DNA from: Plasmodiophora brassicae | Taxonomy: Eukaryota | DNA length: 59,057 bases | Assembly: GCA_036867785.1 (NCBI GenBank) | Contig: CP145425.1 | Location: 682,001 to 741,057 of the forward strand | Direction of reading: 5' to 3' | Part shown: piece after piece, positions 1 to 12,800 of the stretch | Position numbering within the stretch: the first letter of the stretch is position 1 | How the letters are laid out: the number at the start of each line of letters is the position of its first letter | Position numbers and translations under genes: made by a program | The notes under the pieces: generated by a model | What the model was told of the DNA's origin: nothing | The model's input: the letters and a program-made list of their open reading frames with translations, nothing else | Databases searched by the model: none

Positions 1-490
1 CTTGGTCGCATAGGGAGTCGGCGCTTTTGTTTCATGTGCTGGAGTCGGGGCCTTGGTCGCATACGTAGGGGGCGCCTTCGTCGCATGGGGAGTCGGCGCT
101 TTGGTCGCATGGGGAGTCGGCGCCTTGGTCGCATGAGGAGTCGGCGATTTGGTCGCATGGGGAGTCGGCGCCTTGGTCGCATAGGTAGGTGGCGCATTGG
201 TCGCATGGGGGGTCGGCGCCTTGGTCGGATGGGGAGTCGGCGTTTTCGTCGCATGGGGAGTCGGCGCCTTGGTCGCATACGTAGGCGGCGCCTTGGTCGC
301 ATGGGGAGTCGGCGCTTTTGTTTCATGTGCTGGAGTCGGGGCCTTGGTCGCATACGTAGGCGGCGCCTTGGTCGCATGGGGAGTCGGCGCCTTGGTCGCA
401 TGGGGAGTCGGCGCCTTGGTCGCATAGGTAGGTGGCGCCTTGGTCGCATGGGGGGTCGGCGCCTTGGTCGGATGGGGAGTCGGCGCATGA
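1..490 (-). repeat. Coding minisatellite, ~24-bp unit (cttggtcgcatggggagtcggcgc on +) encoding ATKAPTPH/ATKAPPTY
   Basis: Directly visible tandem repeats with variant units. Confidence 0.9.
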
Positions 491-1924
491 TGTGGGGTCG
501 GCGCGTGACCCTGCTGCGGCGTGGGTGCCGGCCTTGGACCGGGACCTGGGTGATGTTCACGACCCGTATAATCCGAACCGTCACCGCTGCGCGACGATTC
601 GTCACCCGTCCCCTGATGATCACTGCTCGTCGATTCGTCCCCTTTCCGACTCGACCACGATTCACCATCATCGGTTCCCCCGCTGGTCGGCTCGTCGCTG
701 ATTCGAGTGCCCGACGAATGACCGGATGACGTCGTGCCGGTCTCGTGGCCCGATCCGTCTCGCCGGCTGTCGCCGCCACCACTCGACGTTCCTTGATCTC
801 CAGGACCGCATAACGGCCGCCCTCCCGTATGATAGGAACCCGTCCTGAACGTGATCGGTGGCGGCCGGGGGCAACGGCTCAGCTTGTGCATGCCCGTGTC
901 CAGGTCCCTACGTACATGCAGGCATGCGACGTTGGCGTACGTTTGGCACGACACCGGCCGGCGAGGGCGTTGGGCTCGCTTACAGGTCCTTATCGGGGCA
1001 GTACGACGTCAGGTGCGCGAACAGTGCATCGTCCAGGTCGCCCAGGTTTGGCATGCCGTGCATCTCGCTACAGTCAGGGCGCACGACATCAGTCATGATC
1101 AGCGGCCGGCCGTCAAGCCCGGCCTCAGCCGCTCACGTGTACGTACAGGTATTCGAGACGTGTGAGACTGTGGAACAGGGTCGGCGGGATCGTCCGCAGC
1201 GGCGTGTCGTTCATGAGCAGCGTCTTCAGCTGTGTCAGGTGCAGGAACGCGTCCTTGTCGATCGTCGTACACGGGTTCGTCTGAATGTTCCTGTTTGCGT
1301 GGCATGCCCGCGACGTCAGAGGTCGGCCTGGGCGCGTCGACCGGCGTTCCGGGGACGTACAGGAACGTCAACGACGTCAACTTGTCGAACATGTGGCCGT
1401 CGATCGCGGTGACCTTGTTGCAGTCCAGGCGGCTGACCAGGACAGGTGATCAGTCCCCTGCGCCCACTGCATATACTGCCGCCAGCCAGGCCTTACAGCT
1501 CGTGTAGCGACGTCAGGCACGCGAACGCGTCGACGGTGACGCTCGTGATGCCGTTCTCCGACAGGCAGCTACGTACATCCCCGGGTCAGCGAAACGTTTG
1601 CCATCCGATGAGCACGCGACACGGGCGCCGGTACATGTTCTCAATACTGTGGGCGTTCGGCAGCGTGCAGAACCAGGTGGAGTCGATCCGCCCGGTCAGC
1701 CCATGGTCCCGTAGTTGTCTGTTGCAAGGCGTGCCGTTAGGTGCATGCACGAGCGGCGAACGGTCGACGGCAGCCGGTGCGCCTTACACGTCAATGCTGT
1801 CGCCACAACCGCGCCCGTACCAGGTGCAGACGGAGGCCAGCGCCGAGCCAAGCAGCAGGGCAGGCGCCGCAACGACGATACACAGCGCACCAGCTGGCGT
1901 GTTCGCACGGATCATACGCATCAT
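1..1924 (-). CDS. Secreted/surface leucine-rich-repeat protein with Pro/Thr-rich (ATKAPTPH)n stalk; multi-exon; 3' end runs off the window
   Basis: Manual minus-strand translation: hydrophobic leader (MMRMIRANTPAGALCIVVAAPALLLGSALASVC), then LRR exons separated by GT-AG introns (CLSENGITSVTVDAFACLTSLHEL; LDCNKVTAIDGHMFDKLTSLTFL; NIQTNPCTTIDKDAFLHLTQLKTLLMNDTPLRTIPPTLFHSLTRLEYL), a Ser/Gly/Asp linker and TKAPTPH repeats. Confidence 0.75.
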
Positions 1925-2309
1925 CACCGCTCTTTAGGTCGACGTTACGATCGGTCGCGCGAATGCAGAATGACAAGCCCGGCGATCCGCGTGTGCACAG
2001 AGCCAGGCCTGCGTTCCAGGGCGCGTGCCCCAGCAGATCGAGGTGTCGTCGAGGCACAGATCCATCGCGGTGGCTCGTGCCTGCGGTGCAAGCGCGCGCT
2101 GGCGACGTCGCGAATCTGCATCGTCGCTGGGGGGATGCCACGCGCCTGTCTCCTAGATTCCACAAGGCGAGCGTCGAGCGCACGCGACGCGCCAGCTGGG
2201 CGAACCAGGGTGTCAAACGAACGTTGTTTATTGTTCGTGGACAACAACACGGGAGAGCGTGCGCGTATGCGAATGAGTGTGGGGGCGGCCCCCGGGTGCG
2301 ACGCGACGG

Positions 2310-4062
2310 TCACTTCTTGCTGCTGCCCGGCGCCAGCAGCGTCTGGTAGTGGTTCTTGAACATGGTCGTCCCGATCATGACGAGGAACAGGGCCAGCACG
2401 GATTCGATCAGACGCAGGGACGTGCAGGCGTTGACAGCGCTGACGAGCTGTGCGGCGACCTGGTTGGCGACCGCATCGCTGGCCGCGTTCGAGAAGTCGA
2501 TCCACCAGAGCGGCAGGTACGCCGCCGGGGCCGCCCCGCGCACCAGCGTCGACCCGGCGGCCTGTCCCGCCTCCACCTTGACGTTGACCTGGAAGCGGAC
2601 CGACCCGCGGAACGCCAGGCCCGTGTTGGGCTCGATGTCGACCCTGGATTCGTGCAGGTCGGCGACGGGCGCCAGGCCGGCCAGGCCGCTGGACAGCGAT
2701 GCGTCCCCGTCGAGGAAGTGCGGCATCGACAGGTGCACGGGCGCGCCCGTCTCCTGCGGGTTCCCATTGAATATACCACGCGGACCGTACATCAGGTACT
2801 TGGCGTTGCCCGGGTTGGCGAGCGCGTTCGCGTACGTGCTCGGGTCGCGCTTGTACCTGTCCCGACCACCAGCAAGTCAGCCCGCTCGTCGGCACGTCGA
2901 CACTGGGAGGGCGCGGCGGCTCATGACGAGACCCGTACCGGTTCAGGGGCAGCGCCGCCAGCGTCGTCGGCGTCGTGTAGACCCAGGTGTCGACCCGGGA
3001 GATGGTGGCGTCGAAGACGCGCAGGCGCAGGTTCGTCTTGGGGCGGAACGGGTCGGCGGCGAAGTCGCGCGCCCCCTGGATGACCTCGGGGGACGCCCAC
3101 TGATGGTCGGTCACGACCGGGCTGCCTTCGTACAGGTTGTACCGGTTCAGGTTCAGGATGCTGTCGGCGCCCGTGAACTTCTCCGTGTACTGGTTCTCCT
3201 TGTACGCCGCCGCCTCCGACGTCTGGTTCGCGAAGAACAGGTGGAACAGGGACGCCGGCGTCGTCGTCACGGTCGAGGACCCGGGCGGCGAGCCCATGGC
3301 GATGCGGGCGCATTCGTTCAGGAACGACATGACGGCGACGTGATTGTCGGACGAGACGCCGGCACCGGTGTACGACGCGCCCTGGTAGGTGGCATCGGTG
3401 CGCGCCTCGCCCCGTATATAGGAGAGCAGCAGGTCGTGGTCCTGGAACGTGGACAGGAACGCGGAGTGCTTGGACGCGTCGATGTTGAGCTGGGTGGTCA
3501 GCGTCGACAAGGGCGGGTACCCGGCGGTGCCGTTCGCGATGTGGGACAGGGCCACCGGGATCAGCTGCGTACGCTGCATGGAGAGCATCGTGAAGTGCAG
3601 GAACGATGGCTGGACGATGACGTCGTTGGCGAACTGCGCTGCGCTGCCGGGCGCGACATGGTACACGTTACGGGTCCAGTACCGTACCAGCGTGTCGCCG
3701 TCGCGGAACGATATGTTGTACCGGTACTGGTTCATCGTCACCTGGTACGGGATCTGCTGGATCGTGGTCGCATCCGGGCCGAACGACGTGTAGTTCCAGA
3801 CGTACCAGGTCGCCGATTGCGGGGCGGGCGTCGCGAGCCCGGCGATGCCGGTCGGCGTGTTGGCGATGACCAGCGTCGGCAGGACCGCCTTCTTGATGAG
3901 CAGCAGCGGGAAGTCCAGCATGGCCAGGATGAACAGGACCAGGGCAATCGCGTTGAGGACGATGCCGACAGCGGCCCGGCACGGGCGCCAGCGCAACGGT
4001 GTGGCGCCTGGTTTCGCGCCGCCCAGCGGAGGCGGTGCGGACGCCGACGACCCCGCTGCCAT
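2310..4062 (-). CDS. CD36/LIMP-2 (scavenger receptor class B) family membrane protein; one intron ~2870-2933
   Basis: N-terminal TM; C-terminal CD36 signature APVHLSMPHFLDGD...LHESRVDIEPNTGLAFRGSVRFQVNV...YLPLWWI followed by a TM helix. Confidence 0.8.
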
Positions 4063-4281
4063 GATGGGCAATGCCGAATACTATGCTGCCTGCGTGCTGG
4101 ATCGATGTACAGTCCCAGGCGGACGAACGATGGGTTACGCAGCGTCTGGGCCTCACGTGATCGTCGGTCGCGTGATCGGCCCGATAATATTAGGGCACGG
4201 CGCCCTATATCGCCGCGTACGGACTCCGTGGACGGCGTTTCCCGCGGCAGCGACCGCCAGTTGTAGACAGCAGCAGCAGCC

Positions 4282-4896
4282 ATGGGCGCCTACAAGTACG
4301 TCGAGGAGCTGTGGCGCCGCAAGCAATGCGACGCCATGCGCTACCTGCAGCGTCTGCGCTGCTGGGAGTACCGCCAGCAGCCCGCCATGGTTCGCTGCCG
4401 CCGCCCGTCCCGTGTCGAGAAGGCGCGCCGCGTCGGCTACAAATGCAAACAGGGCTACGTCGTGTTCCGCATGCGCGTGCGCCGCGGCGGGCGTAAGCGC
4501 CCGAACCCGAAGGGCATCGTCTACGGGAAGCCCAAGCACCAGGGTATCAACCAGCTCAAGGCGCAGCGCAACCTGCGAACGATCGCCGAGCAGCGCGTCG
4601 GTCGTCGCGCGACCAACCTGCGCGTCCTGAACTCGTACTGGGTCGCCCAGGACGCCACCTTCAAGTTCTACGAGGTCGTCTGCGTCGACCCGTCTCACGC
4701 CGCCATCCGGAAGGACCCGCGCATCCAGTGGATCGTGCCGTCCAAGCACAAGCACCGCGAGGCGCGCGGCCTGACGTCGGCCGGGCGCAAGGCGCGCGGC
4801 ATCCAGGACAAGTCGGGCAAGACGGACAAGCTCCGCGGGTCGGTCTACGCCAACTGGAAGCGCCGGAACACGACCGTCTTCCGTCGGTACCGTTAG
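4282..4896 (+). CDS. RPL15: 60S ribosomal protein L15 (eL15)
   Basis: [15 protein letters not shown]...[10 protein letters not shown]...[13 protein letters not shown]...[13 protein letters not shown]; 204 aa, intronless. Confidence 0.98.
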   Translation: MGAYKYVEELWRRKQCDAMRYLQRLRCWEYRQQPAMVRCRRPSRVEKARRVGYKCKQGYVVFRMRVRRGGRKRPNPKGIVYGKPKHQGINQLKAQRNLRTIAEQRVGRRATNLRVLNSYWVAQDATFKFYEVVCVDPSHAAIRKDPRIQWIVPSKHKHREARGLTSAGRKARGIQDKSGKTDKLRGSVYANWKRRNTTVFRRYR

Positions 4897-5069
4897 GGCC
4901 CGACTCGGCGCGTCCGCGTCCCCGCATCTGGGGGGCACAAACATACACACGCTACTCTACCCGTCGTCCATCATCCCGTTTCCTGTTGTCTGGAATAGTA
5001 GCCCGTTCTTCGTTATTGTGTAGAACATGATGTGTACAGGCGGCGGGGGGACCGGGGGCACCCTACAGG

Positions 5070-6619
5070 TCAACGTGTCGTCTTGGTCGCGGCAGGGGAG
5101 TCGACCACGACCTCCCGGCCAATGTCGACGATGCGGTTCGGGCCGTCGATCAGGACGAGGGCCTCCGAGTACGGGTGCAACCAGGTCGCGTATTCGAACG
5201 ACAGCAACGGCAGCGGCATGCCTGGCGTCCAGATCGCGGCGGCACCCATGGCGTGCTCGACGTCTTCGGTGGGGACCGGCGTGAACGCGAACCCCGGGTG
5301 GAACGGGCGCATGCGGAACAGGACGCAGAACGAGACGACAAAGACGACGTCGAGGAACGAGTCGATCAGGTCGGCCACCCATGGCAGGTCTTGCAGGAAG
5401 ATGTTGTTCCACAGCATGAACACGACCTTCATCGCGATGTACGACAGGAAGACGAGCTGGAACTGGTGGTACAGCCGCCGCTTGACGAACAGCGGGAACG
5501 CCTGCGGCTCCATGCTCATGGACCGCACCAGCTGCATCTGCGAGTCGATCGAGATCATGATGTGGACCACGCCGTTGAACATGGTCTTCAGGACCAGCGC
5601 ATAGATCAGGATCATGGTGAACAACCCCATCCCGCCCAGGATGGTGTAGCACGACACGGCAATCAGGACGCCGACCGTCAGCGTGCCGACCTGGCGCTGG
5701 TCGTCCTTCGAGAGCGTCTTCTTCACGATGGACCACCCGCGGGACACGGCCACCAGCAGCGCGAACAGGGACGCCTTCAGGACCAGCAGCGCGGCGAACG
5801 CCGACCATTGCGCCCAGGCGGGCTTGACGCCATAGACGGAACAGTAATTCCAATAATATATCTAGGAGCAGAACGGTTCAGCGCTGGGGCACGAGTCGAC
5901 CGGGGCGGCCGGTACGGCGCACCGACCTGCAGCGAGTTAAATACAATAAACAGGGCCATGACGGCGTTGATCCGCGCCTGGACTTGGACATTGAAGTGGC
6001 GGTAGGGGAACCAGGCCAGGAACTGGGCCATCGCCAGCGCCGTCCAGACGACGGCGGACGCGATCGACAGCGGAATGAAGGGCGCCTCGGACAGCGACAG
6101 GAACCCGGAATACAGCGGCCCCGTGTTGCTGGCCATGATGTGGGCGTCGAGCGTGAACGGCTGCCCCGCGCAATTCAATTGCAACAGGTAGTACCAATCC
6201 TGACGCACCGGAGCGAAGTCAGGTGTCTGTGTTGCTGAGGAGCGCGGAGACAACGACACCCTACGAACCTTGGTAGGCGTCGTGATGGACATCTGGATTG
6301 GGTTCCTCTCGTACGCCATGACGTCCTGCCAGACGCAGGCGGCGGCGTTGAACACGGGCGGGGCGCAGACGTCCTCGATCCTCATCGAGCGGACCTGCAC
6401 GAGCGAGGTCGCCGAGCAGACCATCATCTGGACGGTGGCGTTGGGCGCCGGCGACGGGATCCACGTCTGCCCGGACAGGTCCATCTTGCCGCCCTCGCCG
6501 AACTCGAAGCTCCACACGATCTCGAACACGTCGACTTTGCCGAACTCGATATGCACGTCATTGATCATGCCGGCAGCGACCGCCAGCAGGCACGCGACGC
6601 GGACCACGACCGGCGCCAT
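5070..6619 (-). CDS. Signal peptide + luminal domain + multi-pass membrane protein, GOST (GPR107/TMEM87/GPR180)-like; multi-exon
   Basis: Leader MAPVVVRVACLLAVAAG; YYLLQLNC...N...GFLS motif; several TM helices incl. ASLFALLVAVSRGWSIVK...; terminal VLFRMRP. Confidence 0.6.
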
Positions 6620-6787
6620 GGTCGTCGTCACGGGCACGCAACGCCGCCGACCGCCCGAATCCGGCGGGTAGTGACCGCTGGGTGCTGGTACGGATCGCCC
6701 CCCGCCGGGTGACCCCCGACTAATGACGGGCAGATATCAAAACGACAGGGATGGCGTCCCCTGCTGTCCCAAACGCAGATCGAGAGA

Positions 6788-6806
6788 GACACACACACAC
6801 ACACAC
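6788..6806. repeat. (CA)n microsatellite; a second (CA)n tract lies at ~7789-7804
   Basis: acacacacac run visible in intergenic DNA. Confidence 0.8.
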
Positions 6807-7041
6807 GCACAGGCGAGGACCCGCCCACACTCCCCTCTGCCCGTCACTGGCCGAACTGCACCGGCGAGAACGGCGAAGGGCATTTACCTATTTTGGGGCG
6901 GCGCGCGGGTGGCAAAACTGCACCCTGCAGCAGTTGCAGCTCCCACGGCAGCAGCTGCAAGCTGCAGGCGGCAGCAGTCGGCAGGCCGCGTGCGCGCCGC
7001 CGTCATTCGGGGCAAACCGCGGGGTTCGCCGTGTGTCGGGC

Positions 7042-7744
7042 ATGTTGCGCAGGGTGGCCCTGATGCCGGCGCTCCGGCGGACGCTGGCGACGACGTCGGC
7101 GCGGGCGACCTCGCCGACAGACGAGGCGAAGGGGTTTCTGGCCGAGACGCGCGACATGATGGAGAAGAACGTGGTGTACTTCCAGGGCGAGCTCGACAAG
7201 CTGCACTGCGGCCGGGCCCGGCCCGGCATCCTGGACGACGTGTCGGTGGAGGCGTACGGCGCCAGGATGCCGCTGGTGTCGCTGGCGACTGTGACGGCGC
7301 GGTCGGCGAACCTGTTGCATGTCAGCGTGCACGACCAGTCGCTGTGCGGCAGCGTGAAGAAGGCGATTGACAGCGCCGGGCTCGGGTTCAACGCGAACCT
7401 CGACGGCACGACGCTGACGGTCCCCATCCCGAAGGCGTCGAAGGAGACCAGGGAGAACCTCGTCAAAGTCGCCGCCAGCAAAGCCGAGAAGGCCCGCGTC
7501 GACCTACGCCAGTCGCGGAAGGCCGGCCTGGACAAGCTGAAGAAGGTCAGCGACGCGCTCGGCGACGACGACGCCTACCGCCTGGAGAAAGAGGTACGGT
7601 CAGCGTGCACCCGACCGGCGCCTCCCCCCGGTGCTGAACGAACACGGCGTGCCCCAACCACAGATCCAGTCCATCACGGACACCCACATGGACACGGTCA
7701 CGTCCCTGTACGCCAAGAAGGAGAAGGAGTTGCGCAACGAGTGA
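7042..7744 (+). CDS. MRRF: Mitochondrial ribosome recycling factor; one intron ~7594-7663
   Basis: Arg-rich transit peptide; GRARPGILDDVSVEAYG...AIDSAGLGFN...TVPIPKASKETRENLVK...ARVDLRQSRK; last exon IQSITDTHMDTVTSLYAKKEKELRNE*. Confidence 0.9.
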
Positions 7745-7839
7745 TACGCCGGCGTTGGCCGCCGCGCGTTGCAGATGATGGTCGTCACCACACACACACA
7801 CACACCGAATTGCTGCTGCTGTACGTATATACGGGGGCG

Positions 7840-8354
7840 TCAGTGCACGAGGTTGGCCTGGGCGAACTTCTGGACGAGCGGGATGGCGCGGGCGGACAGT
7901 GTCGGGAGCGCGTACGTGAAGACGACGAGGAGCACGCGGCCGCCGCCGCCGCCGTCCGCGCCCCGGACGCGATGCACGCAGACGCCTTCGCCCGAGTTGC
8001 TGTCGCCGCGCCTCCCGTAGACCAGGCCGGCGTCCGGGTAGAACCGGTGCGTGTCGAAGCGGTTCCCGGCGAACGCGATCCCGTTGACCATGGCCTCGTC
8101 GCGGTCCTGGAACTAAGGGGGAGAGGGGCGCGAAACCCGAATCAGCAACTGTCCGCTGCCAACGATGGGGGGCGCGACACGCCGACCAGCGCTAGGATGC
8201 TGTCGACCTCGGCGGGCGACGGCTCGACGGTGCCGGCGACGACCTGGGCGCCGTCGATGACGGCAATGGACGACAGCTCGGCGCGCAGGTCGGCGGCGGC
8301 GTCCAGTGCGCGGCCGACGCGTGTCTCGGCGCCGCACACCACGCCCGGCAACAT
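7840..8354 (-). CDS. Profilin-like small protein; one intron ~8113-8185
   Basis: AVIDGAQVVAG...EVDSILAL/FQDRDEAMVNGIAFAGNRFDTHR...LVYGRRG...GEGVCV...VVFTY...; size and motif spacing match the profilin fold. Confidence 0.55.
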
Positions 8355-8582
8355 GAAGGCGGCGGCGGCGGTGGCGGTGGCACAAAAACAAAGCCCCACG
8401 ACGAAGAACGGGCGAGGCCGCTCACCGCGCTGCTGGACCTGCGCCCTCTGAGCATCGCTCGCCAGGCAGTCGTCGTCGTCGTCGTACCCGAGTCGCAGAC
8501 AGTTGGGTGCCCCTATGGGGGTGCGCGCGTCTGTATTGCCGCACGACGACGGCAGCGGGTAGCATGATGGGTGCCGGGTCGC

Positions 8583-9257
8583 TCAGCGCAGGAGCCGGTC
8601 CATCTTGGCGTTCTGCTCGACGAACTTGCCGTCGACCTGGGTGACGCGGTCGTTCAGGTGGCCGGCCATGGCGTTCTGCTGGTCGAGCGTGCCGTCCATG
8701 TCGTCGGCCAGGCCGCCCAGGCGCTGCAGCGACGCGCCCAGCTCGTTCAGCCCGTCCTGTTCGTCGGGCGCCCCCGCTTCTCCCGTCGGCGTCCCCGTCT
8801 CCGTCTCCTTCGTCGTGGCCATGGCGCCGTCGCGGCGTTGCAGGCGGATCCGCTCCCTGGGCGTTGTCGCCTCCTGCTGCCGGGCGGCGTCGGCCGCCTG
8901 CGCCTTCTTCGGGCTCGGCCGGCAGAACGCGAAGCACCAGCACGACGCCATGCGGTTCAGGATGCCGTCCGTCCTGTCCAGCGTGGCCTCGGTGTCGTCG
9001 AGGTCGTCGGCGATCCCGTTCATCTGCTGCCCCTGCTTGTCCAGCTTCTGCAGCGTCTCCTGCCCGGTCGTCTCGGCCGCCCGCGTCCGCTCCAGCGACT
9101 CCTGGATGATCTTGCGGTTCTCCGCGTCCCGCTGCTCCTTCAGCGCCCGCTCCCGCTCCTCGTTGGCGGCGCGCTGCGCGTCCAGCACGGCGGTCTGCTC
9201 CTGCTGCGCCTGGGCACGTCGCGCCTCCCGCGCCCTCGCTGCTGCACGCGCGTCCAT
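8583..9257 (-). CDS. SNAP-25 family (Qb+Qc) SNARE
   Basis: Two heptad SNARE motifs (ETLQKLDKQGQQMNGI...; MDGTLDQQNAMAGHLNDRV) joined by a Cys cluster MASCWCFAFC (palmitoylation-type). Confidence 0.85.
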   Translation of the reverse strand: MDARAAARAREARRAQAQQEQTAVLDAQRAANEERERALKEQRDAENRKIIQESLERTRAAETTGQETLQKLDKQGQQMNGIADDLDDTEATLDRTDGILNRMASCWCFAFCRPSPKKAQAADAARQQEATTPRERIRLQRRDGAMATTKETETGTPTGEAGAPDEQDGLNELGASLQRLGGLADDMDGTLDQQNAMAGHLNDRVTQVDGKFVEQNAKMDRLLR

Positions 9258-9848
9258 CCTGCTTCTATCTCCACACGATACTACTTGCTGCAACACCACC
9301 ACGACCACCACAACGATCTACTACTATTGTGCGGGGCGACGACCCGTTCCCGATGCGACTGCCGACTTCCGGTCAGACACCATTCCCTGCATTAATCCGC
9401 CTCGCGTGATGTCACCCGACATTGCCCGTGTGCCCGCGACAGGAACGATGCAGTCGATGATGGGCATGCCGTGCCATAGATATCTACTCGGGCGCCGTCG
9501 CTGGTTTCGGGCCTCGTGCCGCGCCCGTCCTCTCCGCGTCCCGCAGGGGTGTCCTGACGACGGTTAACGATCGCCGACTACATAAGCAGATTGCAGGCTC
9601 CATCTATGACTACTGACGCTCTGTCGGGGCTAAACCGCTCAGGCCGAACGCCCAGACGGGGGCCCTGATAATCAGGCTGGGTGTCCGGTTCGGTCGACAC
9701 TGCCGAGAACACGACGACCGACGATGGATGCGGATAAGGCAGATATGGACGACGACATTCAAACCAAGGCAGTTGTGTGTACTGTGACAGTGGCGGGCGC
9801 CTACGCCCGCGCAACGAAAGCGAAGGCGCGGGTAGGAAACGAGTGGGT

Positions 9849-12800
9849 TCACAAACCTGCGCCCACACGGATCGCGTTGACGAGGCGCTGCTGGACGACG
9901 ATGGACTTGGCGGGCACGTAGAACACGTCGAATTGACGTTTCGTTCGACTCGACACGCGTTTGGCCTTCTCACTAAGCCACGGGCGCTTGCCATCCCCTT
10001 TGGTCGTCGGCGTCGTGGTCGTGGCAGTCGCTTCCGCGTCGTCGGCCTCCCGCGGCGCAGCCAAGTACGTCACCAACTTCTTCCTCTGCGACGCCAGACC
10101 TTGGTCGATGGCATCGACGGCGACCACGGTGGCTGCATTCCTCAGGAGCATCTTGGAGAGCGACCGTTTCGTCAGCGCCGACTGGGACGGTTTCTTGCCC
10201 AGGACGACATGCTTGAAGGACTGGTAGGCGATCTCGGCCCCGAACACCCGGCTCCATTTGACGAGGAACGGGTGCATGCGGACGGGGAACCGGTCGAGCA
10301 AGGATCGATGCGCCCAGGCGGTCGCATCACGAATGACGCTGCCGGGGACGGCCGCCAGCTTCTTCGGGTCGCGGCTGATAAGCGCGCGGCCGGCGGCCAG
10401 CAGGCCGCGACGCGCGTCCCGACTGGAAACCAACCGACCCGTCACCACGTCCGCGAACGTGGTCGACTTCAGTGCGACGTCGGGCGTCGCCTGCACGTTG
10501 CCTCCGTTCCAGAACGTGTGCAGCGTCGCCGCCTGCTGCAGCGTGAACTTGCCGACCCAGGCCGATGCATGCTTCCAGACGAACTCGAAGAACGTCGGCA
10601 TGGTGCAGGGGCACGACGGGGCCGCCTGGGCCAGCCGCTTCTCCAGGACGTCGAACGTCTGCCACAGCGAGGCGATCCCGCCCATCCCGATGTTGATGAG
10701 GCGCGCGGCGGCTCGCCCCTGAGAGTGCAAGAACGCCTGTGGGTTGTCGAACGCCTCTGGATTCGACCCTGGTACAACGAACATGTGGGAGATGAGCGTG
10801 GTGAGGATCTCGAATCGTCCGAACCCAATGGCGAACGCTTGGCGAATCGGCTGCACGTCGACGGGGCCGTCATCGGGATGGTGCAACGATTGCACAGCGG
10901 CGATGACCATGTCGAGATTGCCGGCCAGGCACCCGATGACAATGGCGAGGATCTTGGAGGTCACAGCGCGGTTGACGCCGTTCTCCATGACGATGTGCTG
11001 GCCCCAGTCGAGGACGGTCAGGCCCGACTCCCGGTACTGCCTGTCGCCGGGCACGTACTTGTACATGAAGTTCCCGGGATGCAGGTCGCTGTGGACCATC
11101 GTCCGCGCTTCGCTGAAGAGCATGTTCTCGAACCAGCCGCGCGCGAACATCTCGAACGACCCGACCAGGTCGCAGACGTCGCGGCCGCCCTCCGACGGCG
11201 ACGGCGTCCATGTCGCCAGCGTGCCGTCACCCGGCGCCAGCGTCATGACGAGGACGTTCGACGTGTTGAGGAGGACGGTGGGAACCTTGACGCGCGGGGA
11301 CAGTGGTGCGAACACGGCTGCGGCGACCCGGATCGCCGTCGCTTCGTTGGCGAACGACAGGTCGGATGGGACGCGCAGGCAGGTCGGCTGCAGGTAGCCA
11401 GCCATGCCAGCGCGGGATCTGTATCCCTGTGTCTTCATCAAACGCAGCCGGCCCGCTGTCGGATCCGGGTTCCTCGCCTTCTTCATGGCGCCCCAGTAGT
11501 TGCGCTGAAAGTGCCGATTCTCTTCCTCGAACATGTCGTCGACGAACCGCCGTTTGACTTTGGCGAACGCCGGCTTCCCGTCGTACTCTGTCCGGTGGCC
11601 TTCGGCAATGCTGGCGGCGCCGATGGCGTGGTCGCGATCGAAATGGGGCACGATGCGGTCTTCGTCGGCGTTGAAGTCGGCCCGCAACTGGAAGTCGAGG
11701 TCGGCGCGCGGCATGGGACGAATGCCGCTGAAGAAGGTGAAGGCCTTGGCGGCCATGGCAGGGTCGACGAACGAGCTGGCGACCTCCTGAAACGTCTTCA
11801 TGAGGACAGGGCCACCGCCCATGGCCACGTTCGACACAGCCGTGTACACGTCGTCCCGGATGTCGGTTCGCAGCAACGACGCCATCATGCGTACCTTGGT
11901 CCTCGGACCCTTGCTGTTCCTGCCGGCCAGAATGTCGAACATGTGCAGCATGCGACGACTCGACTCCAAGAATATACCGTACAACGCGTTCCATGTGGAG
12001 ACGCGCACGTGCTCCTGAGGGACTGCCAGCAATTGACGAAATGCCGTTCGCAACTGCACGAACGGGTTGATCTTGGGGTCAGAGCGCGCCCAGAGAACCG
12101 CCTCCTGTGACTTGGAGCGCAGTGCCATTTCGTTAATCGACATGTTCTGGATCGTTTCGTACTCAGATGCACCGAAAAGCCCGCTCTGCTTCATCGTGAT
12201 GAGGTCCTCCAGGAGGGCGCGCAGGCCCGGGTGGCCGTCGGCGGCATCCACGAACGCCTGCTCCGATGTCGGCCCCGGGATGTCATCCAGGGCCGAAAGG
12301 CAAGAGGTCAGGTCTCGATCGCCATGTTCGTTTTCAAACGTGAAACATTCGATGATGTCGGCAGCGTGATTGCGGATTCGCATGGCGGCAGAGCGACGAT
12401 CATCGTTGTTGAAGGGTGTTGTGCCCGGGACGTCTTGCTCGCTGCCACCCATGCGCGTCAGAAGTGCGACGAGCGTCTCCCGACCAGCAGGGCACCCGAC
12501 GGCGCATCGACTATGTGGTTGCAATGTTAGTAATCGACCGTCCAGTGACAGGACCTGATCAATGGCTCACCTGACCGCATCGATCACTATCGACCGGGGA
12601 GTGAACCCGTACTTGACGTTCTCAGCGATTGTCCCGTCGGCACCTTTGTCCAGCAGCATGTTGGCAATGTTGACCAGGAACCCAACGCGTCCAGGTCTTG
12701 TCGACGGGAACCTGCCACAGAAGACCGGTTATAGCAAAATGTCTAATGACGACACAAGCAGCGTCCATAGCCAGCACGTACCTGATCTCATTAACGATGC

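Noticed and set aside
1-490. Possible CRISPR-like array
   Set aside because: Contiguous tandem units with no unique spacers; eukaryotic coding minisatellite
34-729. Arg/Gly-rich 231-aa plus-strand ORF
   Set aside because: Antisense shadow of the minus-strand TKAPTPH coding repeat
9777-12110. 777-aa plus-strand ORF
   Set aside because: Antisense to the ABC1 kinase exon; long shadow ORFs are expected with high GC3
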